A DNA stretch of 64,000 nucleotides from an uncultured Ruminococcus sp. (lineage in GTDB: Bacteria; Bacillota; Clostridia; Oscillospirales; CAG-272): assembly GCA_964430105.1 (NCBI GenBank), contig CAYSEF010000005.1, positions 183-64,182 on the forward strand. The letters are read 5' to 3'. Position 1 is the first letter of the stretch, and the number at the start of each line of letters is the position of its first letter. Both the position numbers and the translations under genes were made by a program. The notes under the pieces are model-generated. The model had not been told where the DNA came from. It made no database searches and was given only the letters and a program-made list of their open reading frames with translations. Shown piece by piece: positions 1-10,939 of the stretch.

Positions 1-1
1 C

Positions 2-127
2 ATGCCCTACACACTCGCTAAGGATACAAGAACAGGCTACGAAGACGGTAATATTCAGGCAGTCATGGATGGCGAGATTGACGGATTCATCAACGCTTAT
101 CTCAAAATGAATGCTGCGAATAACTAA
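2..127 (+). CDS. 3' end of an upstream gene (partial, product not identified)
   Basis: The frame is open from the left edge and ends at TAA 125-127 (...[22 protein letters not shown]). It is too short to name. Confidence 0.4.
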   Translation: MPYTLAKDTRTGYEDGNIQAVMDGEIDGFINAYLKMNAANN

Positions 128-129
128 TC

Positions 130-909
130 ATGAAAAAAGAAGAATCCAGATTTGCGAATAGTACATTATTCGAGGGAATGACCTCTATCCGTGCCGTACT
201 GAACGCAATGGACAATGGAATCAGCGATAGAAAGCTTCTGCGAATACTCGTTGACGAGGATAAGCTCAAGGCTCGCTCTAAAGAACTCGGTTGGTTAAAA
301 CACAAATCTGAGGAATACGGGTTTGTAATTGAAATTCTGACCTCAGGTGAAATAGACAAGCTCACAACAGGCAATACTCACGGCGGAATCATTGCAGAAT
401 GCTCGGCTCGAACTATTCCTAACCTTTCCGCATCAGAGCTAAAGTCCAATGGATTTTATGTCATGCTCGAAGGTATTGAGGATCCTTATAATTTCGGGTA
501 TGCACTGAGATCTCTTTATGCCTGTGGAGTCGATGGTATTGTTTTGTCTCCTCGAAATTGGATGACAGCTGCGGGTGTCGTTTGCCGTTCTTCTGCCGGA
601 GCCTCTGAAATGCTTCCGCTTTATGAGTCGGAACCGTTGGTATCTGTTGAGTATTTCAAAAAAATGGGCTATAAGGTTCTTTGCGCAGGAATACGCGATT
701 CCGTTTCTTCGTTTGATTGCGATATGCACAATCCTGTTTATCTCATCGTTGGCGGAGAAAAGCGCGGAATTTCAGGTGCACTTCTTAATGTGGCAGATGA
801 AATCGTTCGTATCGACTATGGACGTGAATTTGGCGGAAGCTTGTCTGCTGCATCTGCCGCTACAATGCTCGGCTACGAAGTAATGCGACAAAATAGGGAA
901 ATCAAGTAA
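130..909 (+). CDS. TrmH/SpoU-family RNA 2'-O-methyltransferase (RlmB/YacO-like)
   Basis: 259 aa. It has the SpoU knot-region motifs (LIVGGEKRGIS, C-terminal SLSAASAATMLGYE) and an N-terminal substrate-binding extension. Confidence 0.8.
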   Translation: MKKEESRFANSTLFEGMTSIRAVLNAMDNGISDRKLLRILVDEDKLKARSKELGWLKHKSEEYGFVIEILTSGEIDKLTTGNTHGGIIAECSARTIPNLSASELKSNGFYVMLEGIEDPYNFGYALRSLYACGVDGIVLSPRNWMTAAGVVCRSSAGASEMLPLYESEPLVSVEYFKKMGYKVLCAGIRDSVSSFDCDMHNPVYLIVGGEKRGISGALLNVADEIVRIDYGREFGGSLSAASAATMLGYEVMRQNREIK

Positions 910-950
910 AAACACGCTCGAATAAATTCCAAATAAAACGTAAATTTCAA

Positions 951-1002
951 GAGGCTGTCCACATTTCGGAAATTTTTTCCTTAGTGTAGTAGCCTCTTTT
1001 TT
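951..1002 (+). repeat. conserved-loop hairpin terminator element, copy 1
   Basis: GAGGCTGTCCAC-ATTTCGGAAATTTTTTCCTTAG-TGTAGTAGCCTC followed by a T-run, directly after the methylase stop. Same family as 22325, 24600, 31905, 42243 and 55835. Confidence 0.75.
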
Positions 1003-1078
1003 ATACCACCCAATCCTTTACAAAATTGCAGTATCATGATATAATAGTTGTGATAATATTCATAAATCACAGGAGAAC

Positions 1079-1288
1079 ATGATGAATATTCCAAAAATCC
1101 TAGTCGGTGACAAGCTTGAACTGAAGAAAAAGCATCCTTGCGGTACCTCAGTATTCTCGGTACTTCGAATAGGCAGTGACATCCGTATAGTCTGTGATGG
1201 CTGTGGACGCGATATGGTAATTCCTCGTGAGAAGCTTGAACGTTCTATTAAAAAAATTCATCATGAGGAAGTAAAAACCAATGAATAA
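1079..1288 (+). CDS. DUF951-family small protein
   Basis: 69 aa with the typical KKHPCG...CxxCG pattern. The stop overlaps the next start (ATGAATAA). Confidence 0.7.
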   Translation: MMNIPKILVGDKLELKKKHPCGTSVFSVLRIGSDIRIVCDGCGRDMVIPREKLERSIKKIHHEEVKTNE

Positions 1289-4121
1289 AGCATTATCCCC
1301 TATAAAAAAACACTCATTTCAGTTGAGTGCCAACGCCTCTACCTTGCTTATGTGCTTCGGACTGCCATTTATCGGAATGGTGCTGATATACTACTTTCTT
1401 CGTGTATGGCCGGCAGGTGAAAATTCTGTCCTTGTGCTTGACCTGAATGCACAGTATATCTACTACTTTGAACAGCTCCGAGATATCTTAACCACAGGCG
1501 AATCAATCATATATTCCTTTGAACGTGCGCTGGGCGGTGAATTTATGGGAATTTTCGCATATTATCTCTCCAGCCCGTTTTCACTTATCGTCGCACTATT
1601 TCCCAAAGAAAATATTACAGAAGCCCTTTATTTCATTTTAATTCTGAAAACCGGCTTTTGCGGTCTGACATTCGGATATTATCTAACAAAAACTCGCAAT
1701 ATTCAGCCGATTTACCGTGTTATTTTTTCGACATTATACGCTCTTTGTTCGTATGTTGTAGTAATGCAGCATAATGTCATGTGGATCGATAATGTCATTG
1801 CTTTTCCGCTTATACTTCTTGCAGTGGATGAGCTTATCAAGCATGGCAAGTTCAAAATGTACGTTCTCGCACTTGTCTATTCCGTTTTTTCAAACTTCTA
1901 TATCGGATACATGACCTGTCTTTTCATTCTGATTTGGTTTTTTGTTCGATATTTTATGCTCTCACCCACAGAAAGAAACCCTCATGGCGAAAGTAAACAT
2001 TTTATAAAAGCACTTACCAGAATAGCTATATGGTCTATTCTTGCAGTTCTGATTTGTGCGATTATAATTTTCCCAACATATTATTCTCTTACTTTTGGTA
2101 AGCTTGAATTCAGCGATCCGAAATACGAACCCGAACAGCTCTTCGAATTCGCTGATCTTCTGACCAAAACCTTCTTCGGCTCATACGACACTGTTCGTCC
2201 GTCAGGTATGCCATTCATCTATTGTGGTACTTTTGCACTTGTTTTGGCACCGCTTTATTTCTTTGCAGACGATATTCCCACCAGAAAAAAAGTTGGTATG
2301 GCTGTAATGATGCTTATTCTTATTATTAGCTTCAATTTCAGTATTGCGGATATCGTATGGCACGGTATGCAACGTCCTAACTGGCTCAATGCACGATTCG
2401 CATATATGTTTGTCGGACTTGAGCTTATAATGGCAGCAGATGCATTTGTAAATCTACCAAAAATCGGAAGAAAAACCGTGACCTGCTCCGCTGTTTTGTG
2501 GTGTGCACTTCTTGTTATTCTTTCGAAGATAGGCTACGATCATCTGCACGATTTCATGTCTGTATGGCCCGGAATCCTCTGCTTTGTACTCATAGCATCG
2601 ATACTTCCATCATGCATACGCTCGATGAAAGACCCCAATTCATGCAGAATGGCTGCTACTGCGCTGTTGTTTGTAATTTTCCTTGAAGCTGTTGGCAACG
2701 GTGTAGTAATGCTCTATAGCCTTGATGATGATGTGGCTTACTCAAAACGCAGTTCATATCGTCAAATGGTCGATACATACACCCCCGCAGTAGAAACATT
2801 TCTTGACAAAGACAGCGATGATTTTTATCGTGCCGAAAAGCTTGTACACCGCAAGAAAAACGATAATTTTGCACTCGATCTCAACGGAATGACAAACTCG
2901 ACTTCCACATTAAATGCTCGTGCGATAGCTTTGCTTCAGCAATTCGGCTACGCATCGCAGTCACATTGGTCAATGTACGCAGGTGCAACTGCCGTAACCG
3001 ATGCTCTGTTTGGAATTAAATATGTCATAGCAGATGAGACCGATAACAAGGATGTAATGGAATATATCCACGATCTGTACGACCTTTACGCCTCCACCGA
3101 CAAGCACCTCGATGTTTATGAAAATCCGTATTCTCTTTCTATCGCATATTCTGTGAATGAAAAAACTCTCAAATACGACCTGCCTGCGCCTATTTCGGAA
3201 GATGAAGAAAAGCCACAGGAAAAGGATTATGTCGATCCATTCACATATATGAACGAGCTTCTTTCGGCAATGACCGGTGAGAAAATCAAGGTTTGGAAAC
3301 GTGTTGATGTTGCAGAATCAAGTGAACAAGGCGTTAAAGAGATCCATGTAACAGGTCACCGTTCATACGAACAAAACGATACAGCTACTGCAAAGCTGTC
3401 GTGGACTCTCGATGTTGAATCAAGCGACAAGATATATGTCTATTTCCCGTCAAAATATCCACGCAAAGCTGAGCTTAACGTAAACGGCAAGGATATTGGT
3501 GACTATTTCGACGGCGAAGATTTTTCTATCCGTGAAATCGGCTCATTTGAGGAGGGCGAAAAAGTCAAGGTCAGCCTTTACTTAGATGAAGAAAAGATAT
3601 ATATCCGCTCCGGCTGTTCTTTCTTCTGGTATTTCGATGAATCAGCTTTTCTTGAAGCTATTGCAATGTTAAAGGATGGCACAATGGATGCACATTCCGA
3701 CAGTGACGACCACATTTGGGGTACTATCAATGTTCCAAGTGGCGACAGCGTTGTATTCACTACTATTCCATACGATGCAGGCTGGAAGGTAACAGTTGAT
3801 GGAATAGAAGTTGAAACTGTTCCTGTGCTGAATGACACACTGCTTGCATTTAATATAACCGAAGGCGAGCATGAGCTTGAATTCAAATATGAGCCTGACT
3901 GCATAAAATACGGCTTGCTTATCTCAGGTGCCGGTCTACTCATATTTGCTGCTGCATGGGTCATTGATTCTGTTATGTCAAAAAAGAAAAAGCAGGCTGT
4001 TGCTGATATTTCGGAAATCAAAGATTCTCATAACGAAGACGAAGAAATCGATATTCCTGATCAAATTGTAGCTGACGATAATACAAAACACATAGACGAT
4101 GAGGTAATAACAGATGATTGA
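1281..4121 (+). CDS. YfhO-family polytopic membrane protein (glycosyltransferase-like)
   Basis: 946 aa. Many N-terminal TM helices, a large extracytoplasmic C-terminal domain, a final TM and an acidic tail, as in YfhO proteins. Confidence 0.75.
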   Translation: MNKALSPIKKHSFQLSANASTLLMCFGLPFIGMVLIYYFLRVWPAGENSVLVLDLNAQYIYYFEQLRDILTTGESIIYSFERALGGEFMGIFAYYLSSPFSLIVALFPKENITEALYFILILKTGFCGLTFGYYLTKTRNIQPIYRVIFSTLYALCSYVVVMQHNVMWIDNVIAFPLILLAVDELIKHGKFKMYVLALVYSVFSNFYIGYMTCLFILIWFFVRYFMLSPTERNPHGESKHFIKALTRIAIWSILAVLICAIIIFPTYYSLTFGKLEFSDPKYEPEQLFEFADLLTKTFFGSYDTVRPSGMPFIYCGTFALVLAPLYFFADDIPTRKKVGMAVMMLILIISFNFSIADIVWHGMQRPNWLNARFAYMFVGLELIMAADAFVNLPKIGRKTVTCSAVLWCALLVILSKIGYDHLHDFMSVWPGILCFVLIASILPSCIRSMKDPNSCRMAATALLFVIFLEAVGNGVVMLYSLDDDVAYSKRSSYRQMVDTYTPAVETFLDKDSDDFYRAEKLVHRKKNDNFALDLNGMTNSTSTLNARAIALLQQFGYASQSHWSMYAGATAVTDALFGIKYVIADETDNKDVMEYIHDLYDLYASTDKHLDVYENPYSLSIAYSVNEKTLKYDLPAPISEDEEKPQEKDYVDPFTYMNELLSAMTGEKIKVWKRVDVAESSEQGVKEIHVTGHRSYEQNDTATAKLSWTLDVESSDKIYVYFPSKYPRKAELNVNGKDIGDYFDGEDFSIREIGSFEEGEKVKVSLYLDEEKIYIRSGCSFFWYFDESAFLEAIAMLKDGTMDAHSDSDDHIWGTINVPSGDSVVFTTIPYDAGWKVTVDGIEVETVPVLNDTLLAFNITEGEHELEFKYEPDCIKYGLLISGAGLLIFAAAWVIDSVMSKKKKQAVADISEIKDSHNEDEEIDIPDQIVADDNTKHIDDEVITDD

Positions 4122-4770
4122 AACATTATATGGACAAATTTTTGAATCCGATGCAACCACCTGCACTATCATTCTCGAATGTTGTGGAGTAGGTTATCAC
4201 GTCACTGTGACCGCAAATACCTTCTCTCACCTGCCAACTCCCAAGCACTCCCCGGACGGAATTTCACTTTTAAGCGAACCTGTACGCATATACACTCATA
4301 TGGCGGTCAGAGAGGATGCTGTTGAGCTTTTCGGATTTTACTCACGCGAGGAATTGAATATGTTTAAGCTTCTCATCAGCGTGTCCGGCATTGGTCCAAA
4401 GGCAGCTATGTCCATATTGTCACTGTTCACACCTCGTGGTCTGGCATCAGCTGTTGAAGCAGGCGATGTAAAATCAATATCTCGTGCTCCCGGTGTCGGT
4501 GCAAAGACTGCCGCAAGAGTTGCACTTGAATTAAAGGACAAGATTCCAAAGATATTCCCGTATTTCACAAGCACATCCGATGACGGAAATGAAATTTTGA
4601 AAACAGCACCCTCTGCCCAAAATTCAAACAAGCTCTCAGATGTGCGTGATGCGTTGACTGTGCTTGGTTACTCCAGATCTGAAATCGCAGCAGTAATGAA
4701 AAACGTCGATCTTGATGGCGAAGTTGAAGATATCATAAAATCCGCACTCACTGTGCTAATGAAGAACTGA
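4114..4770 (+). CDS. ruvA: Holliday junction branch migration complex subunit RuvA
   Basis: 218 aa with HhH motifs (ISVSGIGPKAAMSILS, APGVGAKTAARVALELK). The start overlaps the yfhO stop (ATGATTGA). Confidence 0.9.
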   Translation: MIETLYGQIFESDATTCTIILECCGVGYHVTVTANTFSHLPTPKHSPDGISLLSEPVRIYTHMAVREDAVELFGFYSREELNMFKLLISVSGIGPKAAMSILSLFTPRGLASAVEAGDVKSISRAPGVGAKTAARVALELKDKIPKIFPYFTSTSDDGNEILKTAPSAQNSNKLSDVRDALTVLGYSRSEIAAVMKNVDLDGEVEDIIKSALTVLMKN

Positions 4771-4850
4771 TACTGCATTATATCAAAGTGCATTAGGTTT
4801 CTTCTAAAAAGAAAGAATTCGATAAATTTAGTTTAATGTGTAGGAGAATT

Positions 4851-5915
4851 ATGGACTCTAACGAATTTGATTTTGAAAACAGAATAATGTCGTCAAGTTA
4901 TGTTGCTGAGGATCAGGAAAACGAAAATTCCCTTAGACCGCATACGCTCGACGAGTACATAGGTCAGGAAAAAGCCAAGGAAAACCTGAAAATTCTCCTG
5001 GAGGCCGCCAAGCTTCGTGGAGAATGTATGGATCATGTGCTTCTCTATGGCCCGCCCGGACTTGGTAAAACTACGCTTTCCGCAATTCTCGCAAACGAAA
5101 TGGGCGTGAATCTGCACATAACCTCAGGTCCGGCTATCGAAAAAAAAGGCGATCTTGCGGCACTTCTCACGAATCTCGGTGAAGGTGATGTGCTTTTTAT
5201 CGATGAGATACACCGCATTTCCCGTACACTTGAAGAAATTCTCTACCCTGCGATGGAGGACTTTGCATTCGACCTCATACTTGGTAAAGGGCCGGCAGCA
5301 CGAAGCATTCATATGCAGCTTGCACACTTCACTCTAATAGGAGCAACAACTCGTGCAGGTCAGCTCTCAAAACCATTGCGTGACCGTTTTGGCGTTCAGA
5401 TGAGACTCGAGCTGTACACGCCTGAGGAGCTTGCAACCATCGTACACCGTTCAGCCTCCATTTTGGATGTTCCGATAGATGATGATGCGGCTATAGAGAT
5501 AGCATCACGTTCACGTGGCACTCCAAGAATTGCAAACAGACTTCTTAAAAGAGTTCGAGATTATGCGCAAGTCAAAGGAAACGGTCGGATAACACTGCCT
5601 ATTGCTAAAGACTCACTTGAAATGCTTGAAATAGATGAGCTTGGACTTGACAATACAGACAGACGAATGCTCGAAACTATAATCCGCTTCTACAACGGAG
5701 GCCCTGTCGGACTTGAAGCACTGGCAGCAACTATCGGAGAAGAAGCTGTTACGCTTGAGGATGTGTGCGAACCTTATCTTCTACAGATAGGATTTTTGGC
5801 TCGCACTCTGCGTGGACGCATGGTAACAAAGCTTGGATATGATCATCTTGGTATACCATATCCCAATAAAATTGACACACGAGATGATGGTCAAATTTCG
5901 CTTGTCGAAGAATGA
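4851..5915 (+). CDS. ruvB: Holliday junction DNA helicase RuvB
   Basis: Walker [15 protein letters not shown], sensor motifs. Start chosen at ATG 4851, preceded by AGGAGA (4842-4847); the ORF track begins 15 nt earlier. Confidence 0.92.
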   Translation: MDSNEFDFENRIMSSSYVAEDQENENSLRPHTLDEYIGQEKAKENLKILLEAAKLRGECMDHVLLYGPPGLGKTTLSAILANEMGVNLHITSGPAIEKKGDLAALLTNLGEGDVLFIDEIHRISRTLEEILYPAMEDFAFDLILGKGPAARSIHMQLAHFTLIGATTRAGQLSKPLRDRFGVQMRLELYTPEELATIVHRSASILDVPIDDDAAIEIASRSRGTPRIANRLLKRVRDYAQVKGNGRITLPIAKDSLEMLEIDELGLDNTDRRMLETIIRFYNGGPVGLEALAATIGEEAVTLEDVCEPYLLQIGFLARTLRGRMVTKLGYDHLGIPYPNKIDTRDDGQISLVEE

Positions 5916-5940
5916 ATTTAATACAGCTTAATTTATAACA

Positions 5941-5997
5941 AAAAATTGCGTGTCGCATTACATTTAAGAATGTAATTTGCAACACGCAATTTTTTTA
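5941..5997. terminator. bidirectional two-tier hairpin terminator between ruvB and the UDG gene
   Basis: Outer stem ATTGCGTGT/ACACGCAAT, inner stem ATTACATT/AATGTAAT, flanked by an A-run and a T-run. Confidence 0.75.
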
Positions 5998-5998
5998 T

Positions 5999-6553
5999 TT
6001 ACATTACGCCATCAAGGTACGCTTTTATACGTTTCATATCTCGCAGCATATCTTCTTTTTTGGAAGCATCTCTCAAAAGTGCGGCAGGATGATACACTGC
6101 TGTCATCGCAAATGCGCCTTTTTTCACGATATTTCCATGTTCTCTTGTAATTTTATAGTCAGGTCTAATTAACCTTGCTGCGGATATTCTGCCTAAGCAC
6201 ACGATGATTTTCGGACGGATAAGCTTAACCTGCTCACGAAGAAATCCGATACAAGCATCTCCTTCTTCCGGCAATGGATCACGGTTATGTGGCGGACGAC
6301 ATTTGAGGATATTCGCAATATAGACACTCTCACGCTCTATCCCTACTGCTGTCAAATATTTATCGAAAAGCTGTCCTGCTGCACCGACAAACGGTATTCC
6401 GGTAGCATCTTCCCTCTCACCGGGGGCTTCTCCAACAAACATAAGATCAGCTGAACGATCACCTGTGCCAAACACAAGATTTGTTCTTGTTTTGTACAGC
6501 TGACAGCCCTGACAAACTGCACATTTCTCGTAAAGCTCGTTCCAATCCATCAT
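5999..6553 (-). CDS. uracil-DNA glycosylase, family 4
   Basis: 184 aa with GEAPGEREDATGIPFVGAAGQLF and the HPAALLR motif, plus N-terminal Cys residues typical of family 4. Confidence 0.85.
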   Translation of the reverse strand: MMDWNELYEKCAVCQGCQLYKTRTNLVFGTGDRSADLMFVGEAPGEREDATGIPFVGAAGQLFDKYLTAVGIERESVYIANILKCRPPHNRDPLPEEGDACIGFLREQVKLIRPKIIVCLGRISAARLIRPDYKITREHGNIVKKGAFAMTAVYHPAALLRDASKKEDMLRDMKRIKAYLDGVM

Positions 6554-6575
6554 CGCACCTCTATCGTGTGTTGGT

Positions 6576-7046
6576 TTAATTTCTATTTGCCTTCTCTGCG
6601 TCTATCGCAAGTACAAGCATCAAGGCGTGCAAAGAATCAGTAGGAGATTCTACATCGATACAATATGTATCTGTGAAATTTAACAGCTCCTTCGACACTG
6701 TCGCAACGAGTTTATCATTCTTATCGAATATCTCATAATCCCATTCAAAAAAGTCACCGCTAACATTCCAACCAAGGTAATCGATATTAAACGACGGTTT
6801 GAAGAATGAAAATTCCTTCGATATCTCTCCTGCGTAATTATCACCTATGTATATTTCAAATTTCGGCAGGAAGGTGAGAATTTCCTGTTGCAAAGTCGCA
6901 ATGTGAATACCATCTTCGCTATAGACATTTAGTCTTTTTCCAAGCGACAGCTCACCTTTTACAACAAAAACCGTATTTCCCTCTTCGTCATAGATATCGT
7001 ATGAATCAAACCAGGAAAATAAGCGTTGTTTGAGGAGCAGTTTCAT
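6576..7046 (-). CDS. LURP-one-related / YxjI (tubby C-terminal-like) family protein
   Basis: 156 aa. The N-terminus (LLKQRLFSWFDSYDIYDEEGN) and overall pattern match this family. Confidence 0.65.
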   Translation of the reverse strand: MKLLLKQRLFSWFDSYDIYDEEGNTVFVVKGELSLGKRLNVYSEDGIHIATLQQEILTFLPKFEIYIGDNYAGEISKEFSFFKPSFNIDYLGWNVSGDFFEWDYEIFDKNDKLVATVSKELLNFTDTYCIDVESPTDSLHALMLVLAIDAEKANRN

Positions 7047-7071
7047 AGATCATTTGCCTCCGTCAGTAAAT

Positions 7072-8475
7072 TCAATCCGATTTTACATCAGAAATAACAC
7101 ATTTCGCCCAGAAACCAGATTTTAACATAGGCACACCAATGCATAATTTGATTATATCAGAGAACTGTACGATCAAGTACACCCATAAAATGCCAAGACC
7201 GGTAAATCTGCAAAAGATGAGCGAAAGCATCGCCGGAACTATCCATGTATAAACACAGTCGAACAGGAAGGTAATACCGGTTTTTCCACCCGAACGTATT
7301 GTGAAATAAATAACATGTATTGTTGCATGAACCGGTAATGACAGACCTGCCACTGTAAGGCACTGAGTTGCAAGCTCACGAACTTCAGGTTCTACGTTAT
7401 AGAGAAGCGGAACGAACGGTGCAACCACTACAAACAGCAATGCGATAATCACATGAGAAGCAAATGTAACGAAGATGAGCTTATTATCGACATCTATCGC
7501 ACCCTCACGATCACCTGCACCGAGCTTTTGTCCAACCATGATAGATACTACAGAACCCATTGCGAACATTATAACACAGAAAAGATTCCATGCTGTAGTC
7601 GTAATATTTGTTGCAGCGATAACTACTATACCACGGCTTGCATAGTTACTGTTAATGAAGGTTTGACCGAGTGACCATAAAATCTCGTTCATCAAAAGCG
7701 GAGTACCGGTAATAGCGATCTTCTTTACAAGATTCATAGGCACATGCAAGCTTTTATAAGCACCTTCAACGAAGCGGAATTTATCCTTTTTACGGTGTGT
7801 AACGACCAAAACAAGAGCTAATTCCACAAATCTTGATAACACAGTAGCTACAGCCGCACCGGATACTCCAAGACGCGGAAAGCCGAGCTTACCATGGATA
7901 AGCAGATAATTGAAGATGAGATTGACCAATATAGCGATGATACCACCGACCATAGGAATAACAGTTTCGCCTGTTTCACGCAAGGTTCCTGCATAAACCT
8001 GTACTATTGCGAACGGTACAAGTCCGATAAGAGCAATTTTGAAATATGCTCTTGCCTCTGTTATGGTAGCTGTTATCTCATCGGGAGTATTGTTCTCGTT
8101 TTGCAAAAACAGCATAACAAGGTCATCACCGAACACAGCAAAAATAACTATTGCCACAACAGCAGTCACGACTGCGAAGATCATCTTAAAGCGGAATGTA
8201 TCTCGCATACCCCGCCAATCACGAACTCCGAAAAACTGCGTTCCAAATATAGAAGCACCTGAAAGTCCGCCGAATATGGCAAGATTGAAGATAAAAATGA
8301 GCTGATTTACGACAGACACCGCGCTCATAGAGTAAGTTCCAAGTGCACCAACCATGATGTTATCGAGCAGGTTAATAAAATTTGAAATTCCCTGCTGAAT
8401 TACAAGAGGTACGGCAAGCGCAACAAGGGTACGATAAAACTGACGGTCGCCGATGTATTTTTGTTTGAATGACAT
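7072..8475 (-). CDS. MATE-family efflux transporter
   Basis: 467 aa, about 12 predicted TM helices, MatE-like N-terminus (RQFYRTLVALAVPLVIQQGISNFINLLDNIMVG). Confidence 0.85.
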   Translation of the reverse strand: MSFKQKYIGDRQFYRTLVALAVPLVIQQGISNFINLLDNIMVGALGTYSMSAVSVVNQLIFIFNLAIFGGLSGASIFGTQFFGVRDWRGMRDTFRFKMIFAVVTAVVAIVIFAVFGDDLVMLFLQNENNTPDEITATITEARAYFKIALIGLVPFAIVQVYAGTLRETGETVIPMVGGIIAILVNLIFNYLLIHGKLGFPRLGVSGAAVATVLSRFVELALVLVVTHRKKDKFRFVEGAYKSLHVPMNLVKKIAITGTPLLMNEILWSLGQTFINSNYASRGIVVIAATNITTTAWNLFCVIMFAMGSVVSIMVGQKLGAGDREGAIDVDNKLIFVTFASHVIIALLFVVVAPFVPLLYNVEPEVRELATQCLTVAGLSLPVHATIHVIYFTIRSGGKTGITFLFDCVYTWIVPAMLSLIFCRFTGLGILWVYLIVQFSDIIKLCIGVPMLKSGFWAKCVISDVKSD

Positions 8476-8567
8476 GATTTTTAAGTTAACCTTTATAATA
8501 GATCTATCCGATTTTTGATAAATTTGCTGATTTCCGAACTGTTACTGCAGCTCAATGAAATGCAAAC

Positions 8568-9986
8568 TTATTTCAGATTAAATCCAAAGAAATTCTTAGC
8601 GTTATTATAGCAAATATCCGCTACAATAGTTGCAAGTGCTTCGGGATCAAAGGGATAAAGTCCATCTTCAACCCATTCACCGATGAGGTTGCACATAATA
8701 CGACGGAAGTATTCGTGTCTTGGATAAGAAGTGAAGCTACGGCTGTCAGTAAGCATACCGTTAAACTTACCAAATGAAGAAAGGTTTGCAAGCTGCTTCA
8801 TCTGAGCCTTCATACCGTCGATATTATCGTTGAACCACCATGCTGAACCCTGCATTACCTTAGGATAGCCATCAGCACCAGTCTGGAATGCACCTATCAT
8901 AGAGCCAATAGCGGCATCACAGGTCGGGTCGATAGAATAAAGAATAGTTCTCGGCAGACCGTCGATTTCTTCCATAGAGTTGAGAAGCTCGATTATAGCA
9001 GTAACATTGGTATAACCGATTATGTCAAAGCCGGTGTCGGGACCAAGCTTCTTAAACATCTTTGCATTAGGATTGCGGTATACGCCCATGTGGAGCTGCA
9101 TTACCCAACCACGCTTTGCATATTCTGATGCAAGGAATCTAAGCATTTCGCATTTGAGAACGCAAAGCATTTCAGCAGTAACATCCTTACCGTCAGATGC
9201 AAGTGCAGCTTCCATAGCCTTATTTGCGGCATATTCATTCGGCTTAACGAACATCGGGAATTCATCAAGTCCGTGGTCAGCAGTACGGCATCCCATTGAA
9301 TCAAAGAAATCGATACGACGAACGAGAGCTTCCTTGAGGCTTGCAACATCCTTAACCTCAACGCCGGAAACCTCACTGAGCTTCTTGTAGTAATCTGCAA
9401 GACCGGGCTTGTTTATATTGAAGCACTTATCGGGACGGAATGCAGGAAGAACCTGTGTTTCAAATGTAGTATCTTCTGCAATAGCCTTGTGATATTCAAG
9501 GGAATCACACGGGTCATCAGTTGTACAAAGAAGATCAACATTTGACATACGAATAAGTCCGCGAACGCTCATTTTAGGATCAGCAAGCTTTTCAGAGGTC
9601 AAATTCCATATTTCATCTGCTGTCTTTTCGGACAAAATGAGATCACAGTCGAAAAATCTCTGAAGCTCGAGATGAGTCCAGTGATATAACGGATTTCCGA
9701 TAAGAGAAGGCATACACTTTGCATAAGCGCAGAACTTTTCGTAATCGGAAGCATCACCGGTAATATATTTTTCATCAACGCCACAGCTTCTCATTGCACG
9801 CCACTTATAATGGTCACCACCAAGCCAAAGCTCTGTGATATTGGCAATCTGCTTATCTTCTGCGATTTCTTTTGGAGAAACATGGCAGTGATAGTCGATG
9901 ATCGGAAGATTTTCTGCGTAAGTATGGTAAAGTATCTTCGCTGTTTCATTGTTCAAAAGAAAGTTCTTTCCCATAAATGTTTTCAT
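8568..9986 (-). CDS. uxaC: glucuronate (uronate) isomerase
   Basis: 472 aa with the N-terminal IIDYHCHVSPKEIAED motif and full-length UxaC-like sequence. Confidence 0.88.
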   Translation of the reverse strand: MKTFMGKNFLLNNETAKILYHTYAENLPIIDYHCHVSPKEIAEDKQIANITELWLGGDHYKWRAMRSCGVDEKYITGDASDYEKFCAYAKCMPSLIGNPLYHWTHLELQRFFDCDLILSEKTADEIWNLTSEKLADPKMSVRGLIRMSNVDLLCTTDDPCDSLEYHKAIAEDTTFETQVLPAFRPDKCFNINKPGLADYYKKLSEVSGVEVKDVASLKEALVRRIDFFDSMGCRTADHGLDEFPMFVKPNEYAANKAMEAALASDGKDVTAEMLCVLKCEMLRFLASEYAKRGWVMQLHMGVYRNPNAKMFKKLGPDTGFDIIGYTNVTAIIELLNSMEEIDGLPRTILYSIDPTCDAAIGSMIGAFQTGADGYPKVMQGSAWWFNDNIDGMKAQMKQLANLSSFGKFNGMLTDSRSFTSYPRHEYFRRIMCNLIGEWVEDGLYPFDPEALATIVADICYNNAKNFFGFNLK

Positions 9987-10066
9987 TTTTTCTTCTCCTT
10001 ACAAATATTAATTTTATTTTAATTTGTTTTATTCAAAAAAATTTTGTGCTTCTCCACTTGCGTTTA

Positions 10067-10939
10067 TCATGAGAAATCATGTCTTAAGTATTCAAGTGTG
10101 CGGGTGATTTTTTCTATATTCAGCCACTCACCCTCCATTATCGGAGATTCGAGTGTTATCGTGCCTCTGTAATCTATTGCATTAAGCAATCGTGCAACTT
10201 CCGGAAAATCTATAGAGCCTTCACCGGGATGAAGTATTGGTCGCAATGCTGAAAACTCACGATATTTCCCTGCAAAATCGCTGATATGGATATGCTCTAT
10301 CTTATCTGTCAGCTCTTTATCGGACAAAATTTCACTTATCTGCTCATGCAATTTACCGAATCTTGTATCGAAAATCAGCCCTGCATTTCCTAAATATGGC
10401 AGAAGCTTATGCCAGTTCGTGCGAGGATCTGTGTGATTCGACGGGATATTTTCGCATAAAATACGAACCCCATACCGACTTGCGATATCGTTCAATTCCG
10501 ATATCTTTGATATATTATAATCGATATGACCGTCAGATGCGATACCACCCCAAAGGTGAAGAACCATGCGACCAATCGAAAGCTTCTCTGCTACAGTGCA
10601 GTTTAATTGAAAAAGACGTACAGCTTCACTGTATTCTTCCTCTGCCTCATGCTTTTTTCCTTCAAAATCAAGAGTTGCAGCTTCCGAAAGCATTGTGCCG
10701 ACATCCTTTTCGCAGTGTATCGTTGCCGGAAACAAGCCTGATTCTCGCACAGCTGAAACAACGTCGTCCACTTTGTCATAGTAGAACTTTAACATCATCA
10801 GCTCAATACCGTCGCAAATTCCTCTGTCAGCAAGTTTCTTGATCTCTGAAAGCGCACGTCTGTAATCGAATCCGTTGGATTGACCTACCATTGTACCGGT
10901 AGAAACATACAGCTGTCGCATTTCACGCTCTGATTGCAT
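10067..10939 (-). CDS. sugar phosphate isomerase/epimerase (xylose-isomerase-like TIM barrel)
   Basis: 290 aa with the pattern of AP-endonuclease-2 / xylose isomerase-like TIM barrel proteins (…HLWGG…, …HISD…). Specific substrate unknown. Confidence 0.6.
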   Translation of the reverse strand: MQSEREMRQLYVSTGTMVGQSNGFDYRRALSEIKKLADRGICDGIELMMLKFYYDKVDDVVSAVRESGLFPATIHCEKDVGTMLSEAATLDFEGKKHEAEEEYSEAVRLFQLNCTVAEKLSIGRMVLHLWGGIASDGHIDYNISKISELNDIASRYGVRILCENIPSNHTDPRTNWHKLLPYLGNAGLIFDTRFGKLHEQISEILSDKELTDKIEHIHISDFAGKYREFSALRPILHPGEGSIDFPEVARLLNAIDYRGTITLESPIMEGEWLNIEKITRTLEYLRHDFS

